From: Candidatus Curtissbacteria bacterium RIFCSPLOWO2_02_FULL_40_11
GTDB lineage: Bacteria; Patescibacteriota; Microgenomatia; Curtissbacterales; GWA2-41-24
Direction of reading: 5' to 3'
Assembly (NCBI GenBank): GCA_001776505.1
Contig: MFBV01000032.1
Coordinates: 1-53,558, forward strand
DNA length: 53,558 nucleotides
The notes under the pieces: generated by a model
The model's database searches: none
The model's input: only the letters and a program-made list of their open reading frames with translations
What the model was told of the DNA's origin: nothing
Program-made: the position numbers and the translations under genes
Shown here: positions 9,062 through 17,750 of the stretch, piece by piece
Layout: each line of letters starts with the position of its first letter
Numbering within the stretch: the first letter of the stretch is position 1

Positions 9062-9793
9062 ATGTCACTGGAAATTTATTCCAAGGATCCCCCCATTAGT
9101 TACAACTCTGAAATAAAAAGCAGAGATAGATACTTTTTTGCTCTGATTTCGATTATTGGCTTAGGAGCAGTTTTATTCGCAACTTGGCCTTTTTTCGTTT
9201 GGCAAATGAGTACTCTTCCAAGGCTTTCTGGCGGGTTCGATGATGCTCCTATTCCCCAAGCAAGAGTGCTTTCCGCAAAAAGCCCCAATTTAGAAAATAT
9301 TCAAGTAGTTCAAGATGCCGATGGGTTCTCTTATTTTATCCCCACAAATTTATCAGAGAATGATCCGAATGATGAGAACCGTTCTAAAGAATTTTCAGTT
9401 TCTATTCCTAAACTCAATATTAATAATGCTATTGCAAAAGTTGATAGTCTCGATTTTCGCAAAAACCTATCTCATTTTCCAGGAACAGCTCTCCCCGGAG
9501 AAGTCGGCAACTCTTTCATTACCGGCCATTCGGTACTGCCCCAATTTAGCGATCCGGAAAACTACAATGCAATTTTCACCAAGCTCTCCGATTTAGAAAT
9601 TGGTGACAAGGTTAATGTGGCAAGAGACGGAAAACAATATCAGTACATAGTCCAATACTCAAAAGTCGTAAACCCAAAAGATCTTTCGGTGTTAGCACCG
9701 ATTAGCGAAAATGCCAAAAACCTGACTCTTATGACCTGCGTACCACCCGGCACAAATATCAAGCGATTGGTTGTCATCACGAGTTTAATATAA
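9062..9793 (+). CDS. sortase family transpeptidase (ATG 9062 preferred over the track start 9002)
   Basis: N-terminal TM, catalytic His context FITGHSVL, TLxTC motif LTLMTCVPPG, downstream conserved Arg (KRLVV). Confidence 0.85.
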   Translation: MSLEIYSKDPPISYNSEIKSRDRYFFALISIIGLGAVLFATWPFFVWQMSTLPRLSGGFDDAPIPQARVLSAKSPNLENIQVVQDADGFSYFIPTNLSENDPNDENRSKEFSVSIPKLNINNAIAKVDSLDFRKNLSHFPGTALPGEVGNSFITGHSVLPQFSDPENYNAIFTKLSDLEIGDKVNVARDGKQYQYIVQYSKVVNPKDLSVLAPISENAKNLTLMTCVPPGTNIKRLVVITSLI

Positions 9794-9818
9794 TGCGTTT
9801 TCATAAATTTAATGCAAT

Positions 9819-9852
9819 TTGACAAATTTAATGTAAAATGTTAAATTTAATA
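9819..9852 (+). promoter_or_regulatory. promoter TTGACA-N17-TAAATT of the toxin-antitoxin operon, overlapped by AAATTTAAT direct repeats
   Basis: -35 at 9819-9824 and -10 at 9842-9847; ATG at 9854 gives a leaderless or near-leaderless mRNA; AAATTTAAT at 9805, 9824 and 9843 (19-bp phasing). Confidence 0.55.
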
Positions 9853-9853
9853 C

Positions 9854-10186
9854 ATGCATTTTGCAAGTGTTACTTCCCAAGGTCAGGTTAGCATTCCCGC
9901 TAAAATAAGAAAAAAGTTAAAATTGGATAAAAGAAAAAGGGTCATTATAACCGAGGAAAACGGCAAGATTCTTATGGAGCCAATAAAAGACATTTTAGAA
10001 TTAGCTGGTTCTCTCAAAGCCCCTAAAAATATTAAGGCTTATCAAGGCAGGGAAGCATTTGAAAATTATTTGGCACACCGCGCAAACAAGGGTATATCCA
10101 AAAAAGCTCTCAAACAACTTGGATTCCAAGAAACATCGCCTCATATTTTTACCCCGCCAAAGACAAAATCTGCCCAAAGTAAATAA
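9854..10186 (+). CDS. AbrB/MazE/SpoVT-family antitoxin
   Basis: N-terminal swapped-hairpin signature VTSQGQVSIPAKIRKKLKL; 1-nt overlap (TAATG) with the downstream PIN gene. Confidence 0.85.
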   Translation: MHFASVTSQGQVSIPAKIRKKLKLDKRKRVIITEENGKILMEPIKDILELAGSLKAPKNIKAYQGREAFENYLAHRANKGISKKALKQLGFQETSPHIFTPPKTKSAQSK

Positions 10187-10575
10187 TGGCGCAGATTATA
10201 ATCGATACGAATATTTTACTAAGATATATCCTGCGTGACATAGAAGGTCAATATTTGATATCCAAAAAGTTTTTTACCCAAGCAAAGTTAAAAAACATCC
10301 AATTAATAGTACCGCAAATAGTCATCTTCGAAATAGTTTTCAATTTGAATAAATTTTACGATTTCGACAAGGAGCAAATAATTAAAACGATCGAAGATCT
10401 ACTCTCTACCAACTATTTGAACGTAGAGGATTGGGAGATTTTCAATATGGCCGTTGGTATTTATGAAAATAATTCTATAGACTTTGTAGATTGTTTCATC
10501 ATCGCAAAGGCGCAAATTTCTGGAGCAAAAATTTTTAGCTTCGATAAGGATTTCAAAAAACTTACAAAAACCTAA
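10186..10575 (+). CDS. vapC: PIN-domain toxin (VapC-like ribonuclease)
   Basis: IIIDTNILLRY (Asp 1), FEIVF (Glu), DFVDCFIIA, FSFDKDFKKL, all typical PIN acidic positions. Confidence 0.85.
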   Translation: MAQIIIDTNILLRYILRDIEGQYLISKKFFTQAKLKNIQLIVPQIVIFEIVFNLNKFYDFDKEQIIKTIEDLLSTNYLNVEDWEIFNMAVGIYENNSIDFVDCFIIAKAQISGAKIFSFDKDFKKLTKT

Positions 10576-10644
10576 CTCTCATGACCTGCGTCCCCCCCCG
10601 GAACCAATATCAAGCGGTTAGTTGTAATAACTAGCTTAATATGG
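10565..10644 (+). pseudogene. ghost copy of the sortase 3' end (last 25 codons), frameshifted in a C8 tract and with the stop lost
   Basis: Aligns to 9715-9793; after removing one C it encodes KNLTLMTCVPPGTNIKRLVVITSLI, identical to the live C-terminus; 12 synonymous and 0 nonsynonymous differences. Confidence 0.9.
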
Positions 10645-10688
10645 GTTACGGTTTCCATGTGCATAATCATGTCCGAAAATCGCCCAAT

Positions 10689-10716
10689 TTGCATTTTCAC
10701 TAAATCATAGTAGAAT
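10689..10716 (+). promoter_or_regulatory. promoter TTGCAT-N16-TAGAAT upstream of trpC
   Basis: -35 at 10689-10694 and -10 at 10711-10716, 14 nt before the ATG. Confidence 0.5.
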
Positions 10717-10730
10717 GACATTCGCACTTT

Positions 10731-11507
10731 ATGACCCACGAAGTACCTCAAGGTAACGAAAGTCCCAGACGTGTTCTCGAAGAAATTCTTGCTAACAAGA
10801 GAAAAGAGATTGCTCTAAGGTATCCGGAAAAACCTAGCAGTTTTATAGAAATGTTTAGAGATGCCGATTGGCCCGTCGTAATTGCAGAGATAAAACCAAA
10901 ATCTCCTTCAGCAGGTAAACTAATTGATGAAAACCCCGTCAATTTAGTACAAAAATTTCAGCAAGGAGGAGCAGGAGCTATTTCAGTTCTTACGGATAAA
11001 AAATATTTTGGAGGTAGTCCTGAATTATTTTTGCAAATTCGCGAAGCGACAAAATTACCGATGCTTTGGAAAGATTTTGTCATTAGCGCAGATCAGCTAG
11101 TAGATGCCCAACAAAGGGGAGCCGACGCAGTGCTTTTAATAGTTACAGCCTTAAGGAGACAAAATGTAGATTTGAAAGCAATGATTAACTTTTCAAAAGC
11201 TCTTGGTCTTACACCTGTGGTGGAAGTCCATGACAATCGGGAAAGAGCTGAAGCTCTTATGGCTGGAGCAAATATCATTGGTGTAAATTCGCGCAATTTA
11301 GATACTTTGCAAGAGAATCCTTTTCTGGCTTTAGAAGTTTTGAGCCAGATACCGAGTGGTCGAATAGCGTTACTTTTTTCCAGCATTAAATCAAGGGAAG
11401 ATGTTGAGAAAGCAAGACAAGCTGGAGCAAAAGGTGTTTTGGTAGGGACGTCAATTTTAAAAGCTCCTGACCCAGTTGAAAAGTTAAGAGAGCTGACTTC
11501 AAGTTGA
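10731..11507 (+). CDS. trpC: indole-3-glycerol phosphate synthase
   Basis: VIAEIKPKSPSAG, ISVLTDKKYFGGS, GVNSRNL motifs; TIM-barrel size (258 aa). Confidence 0.88.
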   Translation: MTHEVPQGNESPRRVLEEILANKRKEIALRYPEKPSSFIEMFRDADWPVVIAEIKPKSPSAGKLIDENPVNLVQKFQQGGAGAISVLTDKKYFGGSPELFLQIREATKLPMLWKDFVISADQLVDAQQRGADAVLLIVTALRRQNVDLKAMINFSKALGLTPVVEVHDNRERAEALMAGANIIGVNSRNLDTLQENPFLALEVLSQIPSGRIALLFSSIKSREDVEKARQAGAKGVLVGTSILKAPDPVEKLRELTSS

Positions 11508-11555
11508 CAAAAAGTTAATCCTCATCAACAATACCTTGATGATTCTTGGCATTGA
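11504..11555 (+). repeat. ghost copy of the ruvX promoter plus first 6 codons (direct repeat of 12526-12577)
   Basis: 48 of 52 nt identical; first 30 nt, including TTGACA, are identical; encodes MILGID then diverges to a stop (11539-11589). Confidence 0.9.
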
Positions 11556-11563
11556 CTCTAAGT

Positions 11564-12490
11564 TTATAAACCCCTATATGTTGTTCTGAAGTTCTTTAGT
11601 GCAACAAGTAGATATTGTTGATCAGAAGCAAACCATTTTTTCATAGTAGCTACTGCGTTTCTAATGTCTTCAAATTGATTACCATTTTCCTTAGCACTAC
11701 TCCAGTCTACGAGGCTAACCTTATTTGTTTTAGGGTCAATTAATAAATGCCTTCTGTCAAATCTATCAAGGTATGCCAGATCTAAGAAATGGGTTTTTCG
11801 AAGTGCCACACCAAAAGCAGCTCCAACAATATCTGGGTGTTCAATTGCTAATTCTTCAGCAGCTATACCACCTATAAATTTCTCTACAATCCAATTATTA
11901 TTACTTTCAATAACTTCTGGTCCAACAATTCCGGCAACTTTTTTAGCAATACTTTCTTCTCCATCATGTAATGTTCTCTTAATTACGACGCCAGATTCTT
12001 CGTCAATAATAACTGCAACTAAACCTCTTTCATCGCCATAATCCAACAAAGTCATCGGCGGCTTTTCTTCTTTTGCTTTTAATCTCTTGGCAAGTTCAGG
12101 AACACTCTCAATTATGTTATGAGCAGAATTCCATAAGTGAATGTTAAAAGCCAAAGTTACACTTGGCACAACGTATTCCCAAAGAGGTTTTAAATCAAAT
12201 TCAATCCTCAACTTTTCTGCTAACGGTGGAAACCAGCGAAGAATTTCTATAGAAGGCTCTGTAAGTGATAATACCAAGGGATAGTGCTGGTGATATTCTT
12301 GTCTATCCATCGCAAATAAAGCCACCTTTGTTTGATAAAAAACATTTTTTAAAGTTACAGGTTGTCCTGTTTCTTTGCATTTATTTACCGCATCTTGGAA
12401 TAAATCCAGCAAAAATTCCGGATCTTCATCTAATACTTCAGGATTTTCATTATATATATCTGCATATGTAAGTTGTTCACCAGTAGCCAT
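11564..12490 (-). CDS. orphan protein, C-terminal half possibly an atypical kinase-like fold
   Basis: 308-aa ORF on the opposite strand between the two ruvX repeat copies; VVIKRT (VAIK-like), HFLDLAYLDRFDRRHLLID and SLVDWSSA loosely resemble Kdo/RIO/APH-type catalytic and metal-binding loops. Confidence 0.5.
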   Translation of the reverse strand: MATGEQLTYADIYNENPEVLDEDPEFLLDLFQDAVNKCKETGQPVTLKNVFYQTKVALFAMDRQEYHQHYPLVLSLTEPSIEILRWFPPLAEKLRIEFDLKPLWEYVVPSVTLAFNIHLWNSAHNIIESVPELAKRLKAKEEKPPMTLLDYGDERGLVAVIIDEESGVVIKRTLHDGEESIAKKVAGIVGPEVIESNNNWIVEKFIGGIAAEELAIEHPDIVGAAFGVALRKTHFLDLAYLDRFDRRHLLIDPKTNKVSLVDWSSAKENGNQFEDIRNAVATMKKWFASDQQYLLVALKNFRTTYRGL

Positions 12491-12525
12491 TTTTTATCGC
12501 TAATTATACTTATAATTATTTAAAT

Positions 12526-12577
12526 TTGACAAAAAGTTAATCCTCATCAACAATATCCTCATGATTCTTGGAATTGA
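12526..12577 (+). repeat. live copy of the ruvX promoter/5' end repeat
   Basis: TTGACA at 12526-12531; ATG of ruvX at 12561. Confidence 0.9.
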
Positions 12578-12944
12578 TTTAGGTCAAAAAACAACAGGCC
12601 TTGCAATATCCGAAGGCGAACTAGCAACTTCTCACTCAACTATTACTCACAAATCTTTAACAGAAGCAGTTTCAAAAGTAATTTTGTTTTGTGATCAAAA
12701 CCAGGTGGATACAGTGATAATTGGCTACGTTGAGGGTAAAAATAAAATCTATTTTGAAAAGTTTCGTGAGATGTTAGAAAATAAAAACTCTAATCTAAAA
12801 ACTGTAATGTGGGACGAAACCCTAACAACTAGACAAGCAATATCTATAATGGTTAAACTCGGTGTGCCAAGACAGAAGCGACGCGAAAAAGAACACGAAG
12901 TGGCAGCCAGTTTAATTTTACAAAGTTATTTAGACAGTAAATGA
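12561..12944 (+). CDS. ruvX: YqgF/RuvX putative pre-16S rRNA nuclease / Holliday junction resolvase-like protein
   Basis: MILGIDLGQKTTGLAIS N-terminus, DETLTT motif, about 127 aa. Confidence 0.85.
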   Translation: MILGIDLGQKTTGLAISEGELATSHSTITHKSLTEAVSKVILFCDQNQVDTVIIGYVEGKNKIYFEKFREMLENKNSNLKTVMWDETLTTRQAISIMVKLGVPRQKRREKEHEVAASLILQSYLDSK

Positions 12945-13144
12945 TTAAGAAAATTTTCGCACCGGTGCAAGCATGGATTTTACTTCAAGGGAAGTGTGTA
13001 GGTTGTGGGAAAAGTTTAACTTTAGCCATAAAGAATGATCGAAGAGACAACAGACAACAAGTTATATGTTCTTGCGGCAGAATTTTTATATTCGACAAAA
13101 GAAACGGGAGATACCGCAGAGCACTCCAAAAAGAGATAATCTAA
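12941..13144 (+). CDS. small zinc-ribbon protein
   Basis: CVGCG ... CSCG cysteine pairs; ATGA overlap with ruvX and TAATG overlap with mltG suggest translational coupling. Confidence 0.5.
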   Translation: MIKKIFAPVQAWILLQGKCVGCGKSLTLAIKNDRRDNRQQVICSCGRIFIFDKRNGRYRRALQKEII

Positions 13145-14148
13145 TGTTAGCAAACAAAAAAAGATTAGTTATTTTTGCAATTCTTTTTGTTTTACTAATA
13201 GTTACTCCAGTTATTACCAATATTTATTATAAATTTTTACTAAAACCAGCTGTGCCAAATTCCAAAGATGAAAAAATTTTTGTAATTGCACCCAGAACAC
13301 CTGTTATTGAAATCGCCCAAGATTTAAAGCAAGACAATTTAATTAAGAACCCTCTCGCCTTTAGGTTTTTAGTCTCACGTATGGGGATTGGTAAAAATAT
13401 CCAGGCAGGAGATTTTCGTCTTTCTCCATCAATGTCATCCCGTGAAATTGCCGACGAGTTGACTCATGGTGTAATTGATGTTTGGATTACTTTCCCAGAA
13501 GGTTTGAGAATTGAAGAGCAAGCAGCAAGCATTGAAAAAGCTCTAAATTTTGAATCTAATGATCTTTATCAGTTTAATGTAGTTGATTACATTGAGCTTG
13601 CAGAAGAAGGTTACATGTTCCCGGACACATATTTAATTCCCAAAGATGCAACAGCAAGCGATATTGTAGCTCTCCTGCGAAATACTTTTGACGAAAAAGT
13701 AGATGCGGAAGTATTTGCAAGCGGCCGCAAAAACGGTTTAACAGAAAATCAATTAATCACTCTAGCCTCGCTTATCGAAAGAGAAGCAAACACAAGCGAT
13801 GAAAAACCAACAATTGCGGGAATTTTAATGAACAGATTAAACTCCGGTACAGCTTTGCAAGTTGACGCAACCGTCCAATACGCTAAAGGTTTTGATGAAT
13901 CAAATAAGACTTGGTGGCCGCAAATAACCCAACTTGACTATCAACAAGTTCGCTCAAATTACAACACGTATCGCACGGCCGGTTTACCACCAGGCCCAAT
14001 TGCTAGCCCTGGTTTTGATTCGATTCAAGCGGCAGCAAATCCCCAAGACACGGAGTTCTTTTATTATCTCCACGACTCTGAAGGGAACATCCATTATGCA
14101 AAAACAATTCAAGAACACAATCTAAACGTCCAGAAATATATTCTTTAG
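13144..14148 (+). CDS. mltG: endolytic murein transglycosylase MltG/YceG (ATG 13144, not the track start 13066)
   Basis: N-terminal TM, LASLIEREA, YNTYRTAGLPPGPIASPG motifs. Confidence 0.88.
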   Translation: MLANKKRLVIFAILFVLLIVTPVITNIYYKFLLKPAVPNSKDEKIFVIAPRTPVIEIAQDLKQDNLIKNPLAFRFLVSRMGIGKNIQAGDFRLSPSMSSREIADELTHGVIDVWITFPEGLRIEEQAASIEKALNFESNDLYQFNVVDYIELAEEGYMFPDTYLIPKDATASDIVALLRNTFDEKVDAEVFASGRKNGLTENQLITLASLIEREANTSDEKPTIAGILMNRLNSGTALQVDATVQYAKGFDESNKTWWPQITQLDYQQVRSNYNTYRTAGLPPGPIASPGFDSIQAAANPQDTEFFYYLHDSEGNIHYAKTIQEHNLNVQKYIL

Positions 14149-14156
14149 TACAAATA

Positions 14157-14185
14157 TTGACAAATGCCAGCCCAAATGATATAAA
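14157..14185 (+). promoter_or_regulatory. strong promoter TTGACA-N17-TATAAA for rpoBC
   Basis: -35 at 14157-14162 and -10 at 14180-14185; about 190-nt leader before the rpoB GTG. Confidence 0.6.
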
Positions 14186-14378
14186 ATAGACTACATAACC
14201 CATAAGATGGGGTACTTTTGTACCTTCATCTTTTTGTTGTGTAATCGAATTTCTTGGTGGATAATCCCAACAACTAGATTTAAATAGACGCCTTGCCAGT
14301 CTTCAGGGGTATCCCTTTTCGCTCTTTGCTACCATTGGCACAAGAGTCTGTTTATTTATATAAAACGAGCAAAATCCT

Positions 14379-17300
14379 GTGGCTAATCGAACCTATTGGG
14401 GACAAATAAAAAGCACAAATCTTCCATCCCTTGATCTGGTTAAAATTCAGAGGGATTCATTCGATGATTTCTTGGAAAATGGTATCCAAGAAGTCTTAGA
14501 TGAAGTTTCTCCAATTGACGATTTCACTGGCAAAAATTACACACTAGTTTTCGGAAAATATAGCATCGGCAAACCTAAACACACTCCGGAAGAGGCTCTG
14601 AAAAAAGGTGTCACTTACGATGCTTCCCTAAAAGTAGAAGCAACAGTTATCAATAAACAAACTGGTGTTAAAAATTCGCAGGAAGTATTTTTGTGCGATT
14701 TACCTATCATGCTCAAAAAAGGAGCGTTCATAATCAACGGTATTGAAAGAGCTGTTGTTACTCAGTTGGTACGAGCCCCGGGCGCTTATTATTCTGCAGA
14801 AATTGATCCTTCTTCGGGGAAAATGCTTTACAGTTGTGAAATCCGTCCACTCCGAGGTTCTTGGTTAGAGTTTGCTATCACAAAAAATGATATCATCACC
14901 GTCAAAATAGACAGACGAAGAAAGTTTCCGGTCAGCACATTTTTGCGTGCAATAGGTTTTTCCGAAACCGAACAAATTCTTGAACTCTTCAAACCAATCC
15001 TCAACGAAAACTCCCAAAAACTTTTAAACAACACCCTAGAAAAAGACACAACCGAATCTCAAGAAGAAGCGCTGCTGGAAATTTATCGAAGAATGAGGCC
15101 AGGTGATCATGTCATATTAGACAATGCCAAAGCCTTAATAGAAAATATGTTCTTTAATCCAAGAAGATATTCGTTGGGTAAAGTTGGTAGGTACAAAATC
15201 CAAAAACGGCTGAAAAGGCTAAAAGAAAAACTTTCTGAGAGCGAAGAAAATAAAACTAGCCAAGTACTGACAACCTGGGATTTTGTCTCTTCTATTGCTT
15301 ATCTTTTCGAATTAATAGCCGGTAACGGTAGGCTCGATGACATTGATCATCTCGGTAATCGTCGTCTCAGGAGAGTAGGTGAACTCGTTGCTCAAAATGC
15401 ATTCAGAATCGGAATACTCAGAATTGAAAGAGTTATTAAAGAAAGAATGAGTCTGACACCAATAGAAGAAGATATACCTTCTCCAACAACTCTTATCAAT
15501 GCCCGGCCAATTATTTCTGCAATCAATGAATTTTTTCGCTCCTCGCAACTTTCCACAATTTTAGATCAAACAAACCCACTTTCCGAAGTGGACAATTTAA
15601 GAAGATTAACAGTAATGGGTACTGGTGGAATCGCGAGAGAGAGAGCAGCATTTTCTATTAGAGACATTAATCATTCTCAATACTCCCGAATTTGTCCAAT
15701 CCGCTCACCGGAAGGCCCAAATATTGGGTTAGTTACTTACATGTCTTTGTATTGTAGAGTAAACGATCACGGATTTTTAGAAGCACCCTATAGAACAGTG
15801 GTAAAGGAAAAAGGTGGCAAAGCCAGAGTAACAGATGAAATTGTATATTTAACAGCAGACGACGAAGAGGAATATGCAATTACTCATGCTCAAGTTCCTC
15901 TTGATGATAAAGGTTATTTTGTCGATGATCGTGTGCCGGTAAGAAATAAAGGGGAATTTACAACAGCTTCAAGCAACGAAGTTAATTTTATAGATGTTGT
16001 TCCGCGTCAAGTAGTGGGTACATCGGCATCACTAATTCCATTTTTGGCACATGATGAGGCAAACCGAGCTTTAATGGGTACTCACATGCAGTGTCAAGCA
16101 GTCCCCCTTCTTTTACCGGAATCTCCCATCGTAGGTACTGGTATGGAGGAAGTAGTTGGTACGAATATGGGTAGAGCAGTACTAGCGCCGGAAGATGGCA
16201 CTGTTACTTATGTAGACAGTAAGAAAATTATTTTTAAAACTAAAGCTAATGGAAAATCTCCGAGTAAAACTGTAACTGTACCTATTCAAAAATTCTCCAG
16301 ATCACCTCAAAGCACTTGCTACAGCCAAAGACCAAAAGTAGAAATGAGTCAAAAATTTAAAAAAGGCGATATATTAGCTGACGGTACCGCAACAGATGGG
16401 GGGGAACTTTCTCTAGGCAAAAACCTGAATATTGCATATATGAGTTTTGATGGTCTTGGTTATGAGGACGCTATTGTCATTTCCGACAGACTCGTTAGAA
16501 AAGATACTCTTACTTCCATCCACATAGAGGAATATGAAACATCGGTAGTTGAAACTAAATTAGGACCGGAAGAAACAACCAGGGATATCCCAAATGTTTC
16601 AGAAGAAGATCTGGCAAATCTTGATGAAAATGGAATTGTTGTTATGGGAGCAGATGTAGGTCCAAACGATATTCTAGTGGGTAAGATTGCTCCAAAAGGT
16701 GAAACAGAACTAACCGCAGAAGAAAGATTATTGAGAACAATTTTCGGCGAAAAAGCCAGGGAAGTAAGGGATACATCACTTAGAGTTCCTCATGGAGAAA
16801 AAGGGACAGTAATTGATATAAAAATTCTAGCTCGAGATAAAGGTGACGAATTAGAACATGGAGCACTCAAGAAAATAATTGTCAAAGTTGCGCAAATGCG
16901 CAAAGTTGTTGTTGGAGACAAATTAGCAGGTCGCCACGGTAACAAAGGTGTAATTTCCAAAATAGTTCCGGCAGCCGATATGCCATATATGGAAGATGGA
17001 ACTCCGATCGACATAATTATTAGTCCTCTCTCAGTTTTATCAAGAATGAATTTAGGGCAGCTTCTTGAAACACATTTGGGTTGGGCCGCAGAAAAACTAA
17101 ACTACAAAGTTGCCTTGCCTGTTTTTGAACACGTGGACGAAGAGAGAATTGACAGCGAACTAAAAAAAGCAGGTCTTCCAACCGATGGAAGGACTACCCT
17201 TTACGATGGGCGTACTGGTTTAGAGTTTGACAGACCAATTGTAATTGGCAAAGCGTATATTTTGAAACTAATTCATATGGTTGAAGATAAGACTCATGCT

Positions 17301-17750
17301 CGCTCAACGGGTCCGTATTCACTTATTACCCAACAACCACTAGGTGGAAAAGCTCAAATGGGTGGCCAAAGGCTTGGGGAAATGGAAGTCTGGGCTCTTG
17401 AAGCTTACGGTGCAGCCTATACTCTTCAAGAGATGTTGACTATTAAATCGGACGATGTTGTTGGTAGAGCGAAAGCATTTGAGGCAATTATTAAAGATGA
17501 AGAAATTCCTCAAGCGCTCATCCCAGAATCATTCAAAGTACTAGTTAAAGAACTCAACAGTTTAAGTCTCAATGTTGCAACTCTTGGTGCTAAAACGGCA
17601 GAAGAACAAAAGGTCGAGCCGAAAGAAGAAGCGGTATCTAAAGCAGCTCATGAACTTGCTGAAATTTCGGGAGAAAAAATAATTCCGCTAGAGTCTGAGA
17701 TTGCAAAAGGTAATTCACTAATGGAAATAGAGGAAGTTTCAACAACATGA
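14379..17750 (+). CDS. rpoB: DNA-directed RNA polymerase subunit beta
   Basis: Conserved beta blocks throughout (RPGDHV region, GRHGNKGVISKI, GGQRLGEMEVWALEAYGA). Confidence 0.98.
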   Translation: MANRTYWGQIKSTNLPSLDLVKIQRDSFDDFLENGIQEVLDEVSPIDDFTGKNYTLVFGKYSIGKPKHTPEEALKKGVTYDASLKVEATVINKQTGVKNSQEVFLCDLPIMLKKGAFIINGIERAVVTQLVRAPGAYYSAEIDPSSGKMLYSCEIRPLRGSWLEFAITKNDIITVKIDRRRKFPVSTFLRAIGFSETEQILELFKPILNENSQKLLNNTLEKDTTESQEEALLEIYRRMRPGDHVILDNAKALIENMFFNPRRYSLGKVGRYKIQKRLKRLKEKLSESEENKTSQVLTTWDFVSSIAYLFELIAGNGRLDDIDHLGNRRLRRVGELVAQNAFRIGILRIERVIKERMSLTPIEEDIPSPTTLINARPIISAINEFFRSSQLSTILDQTNPLSEVDNLRRLTVMGTGGIARERAAFSIRDINHSQYSRICPIRSPEGPNIGLVTYMSLYCRVNDHGFLEAPYRTVVKEKGGKARVTDEIVYLTADDEEEYAITHAQVPLDDKGYFVDDRVPVRNKGEFTTASSNEVNFIDVVPRQVVGTSASLIPFLAHDEANRALMGTHMQCQAVPLLLPESPIVGTGMEEVVGTNMGRAVLAPEDGTVTYVDSKKIIFKTKANGKSPSKTVTVPIQKFSRSPQSTCYSQRPKVEMSQKFKKGDILADGTATDGGELSLGKNLNIAYMSFDGLGYEDAIVISDRLVRKDTLTSIHIEEYETSVVETKLGPEETTRDIPNVSEEDLANLDENGIVVMGADVGPNDILVGKIAPKGETELTAEERLLRTIFGEKAREVRDTSLRVPHGEKGTVIDIKILARDKGDELEHGALKKIIVKVAQMRKVVVGDKLAGRHGNKGVISKIVPAADMPYMEDGTPIDIIISPLSVLSRMNLGQLLETHLGWAAEKLNYKVALPVFEHVDEERIDSELKKAGLPTDGRTTLYDGRTGLEFDRPIVIGKAYILKLIHMVEDKTHARSTGPYSLITQQPLGGKAQMGGQRLGEMEVWALEAYGAAYTLQEMLTIKSDDVVGRAKAFEAIIKDEEIPQALIPESFKVLVKELNSLSLNVATLGAKTAEEQKVEPKEEAVSKAAHELAEISGEKIIPLESEIAKGNSLMEIEEVSTT

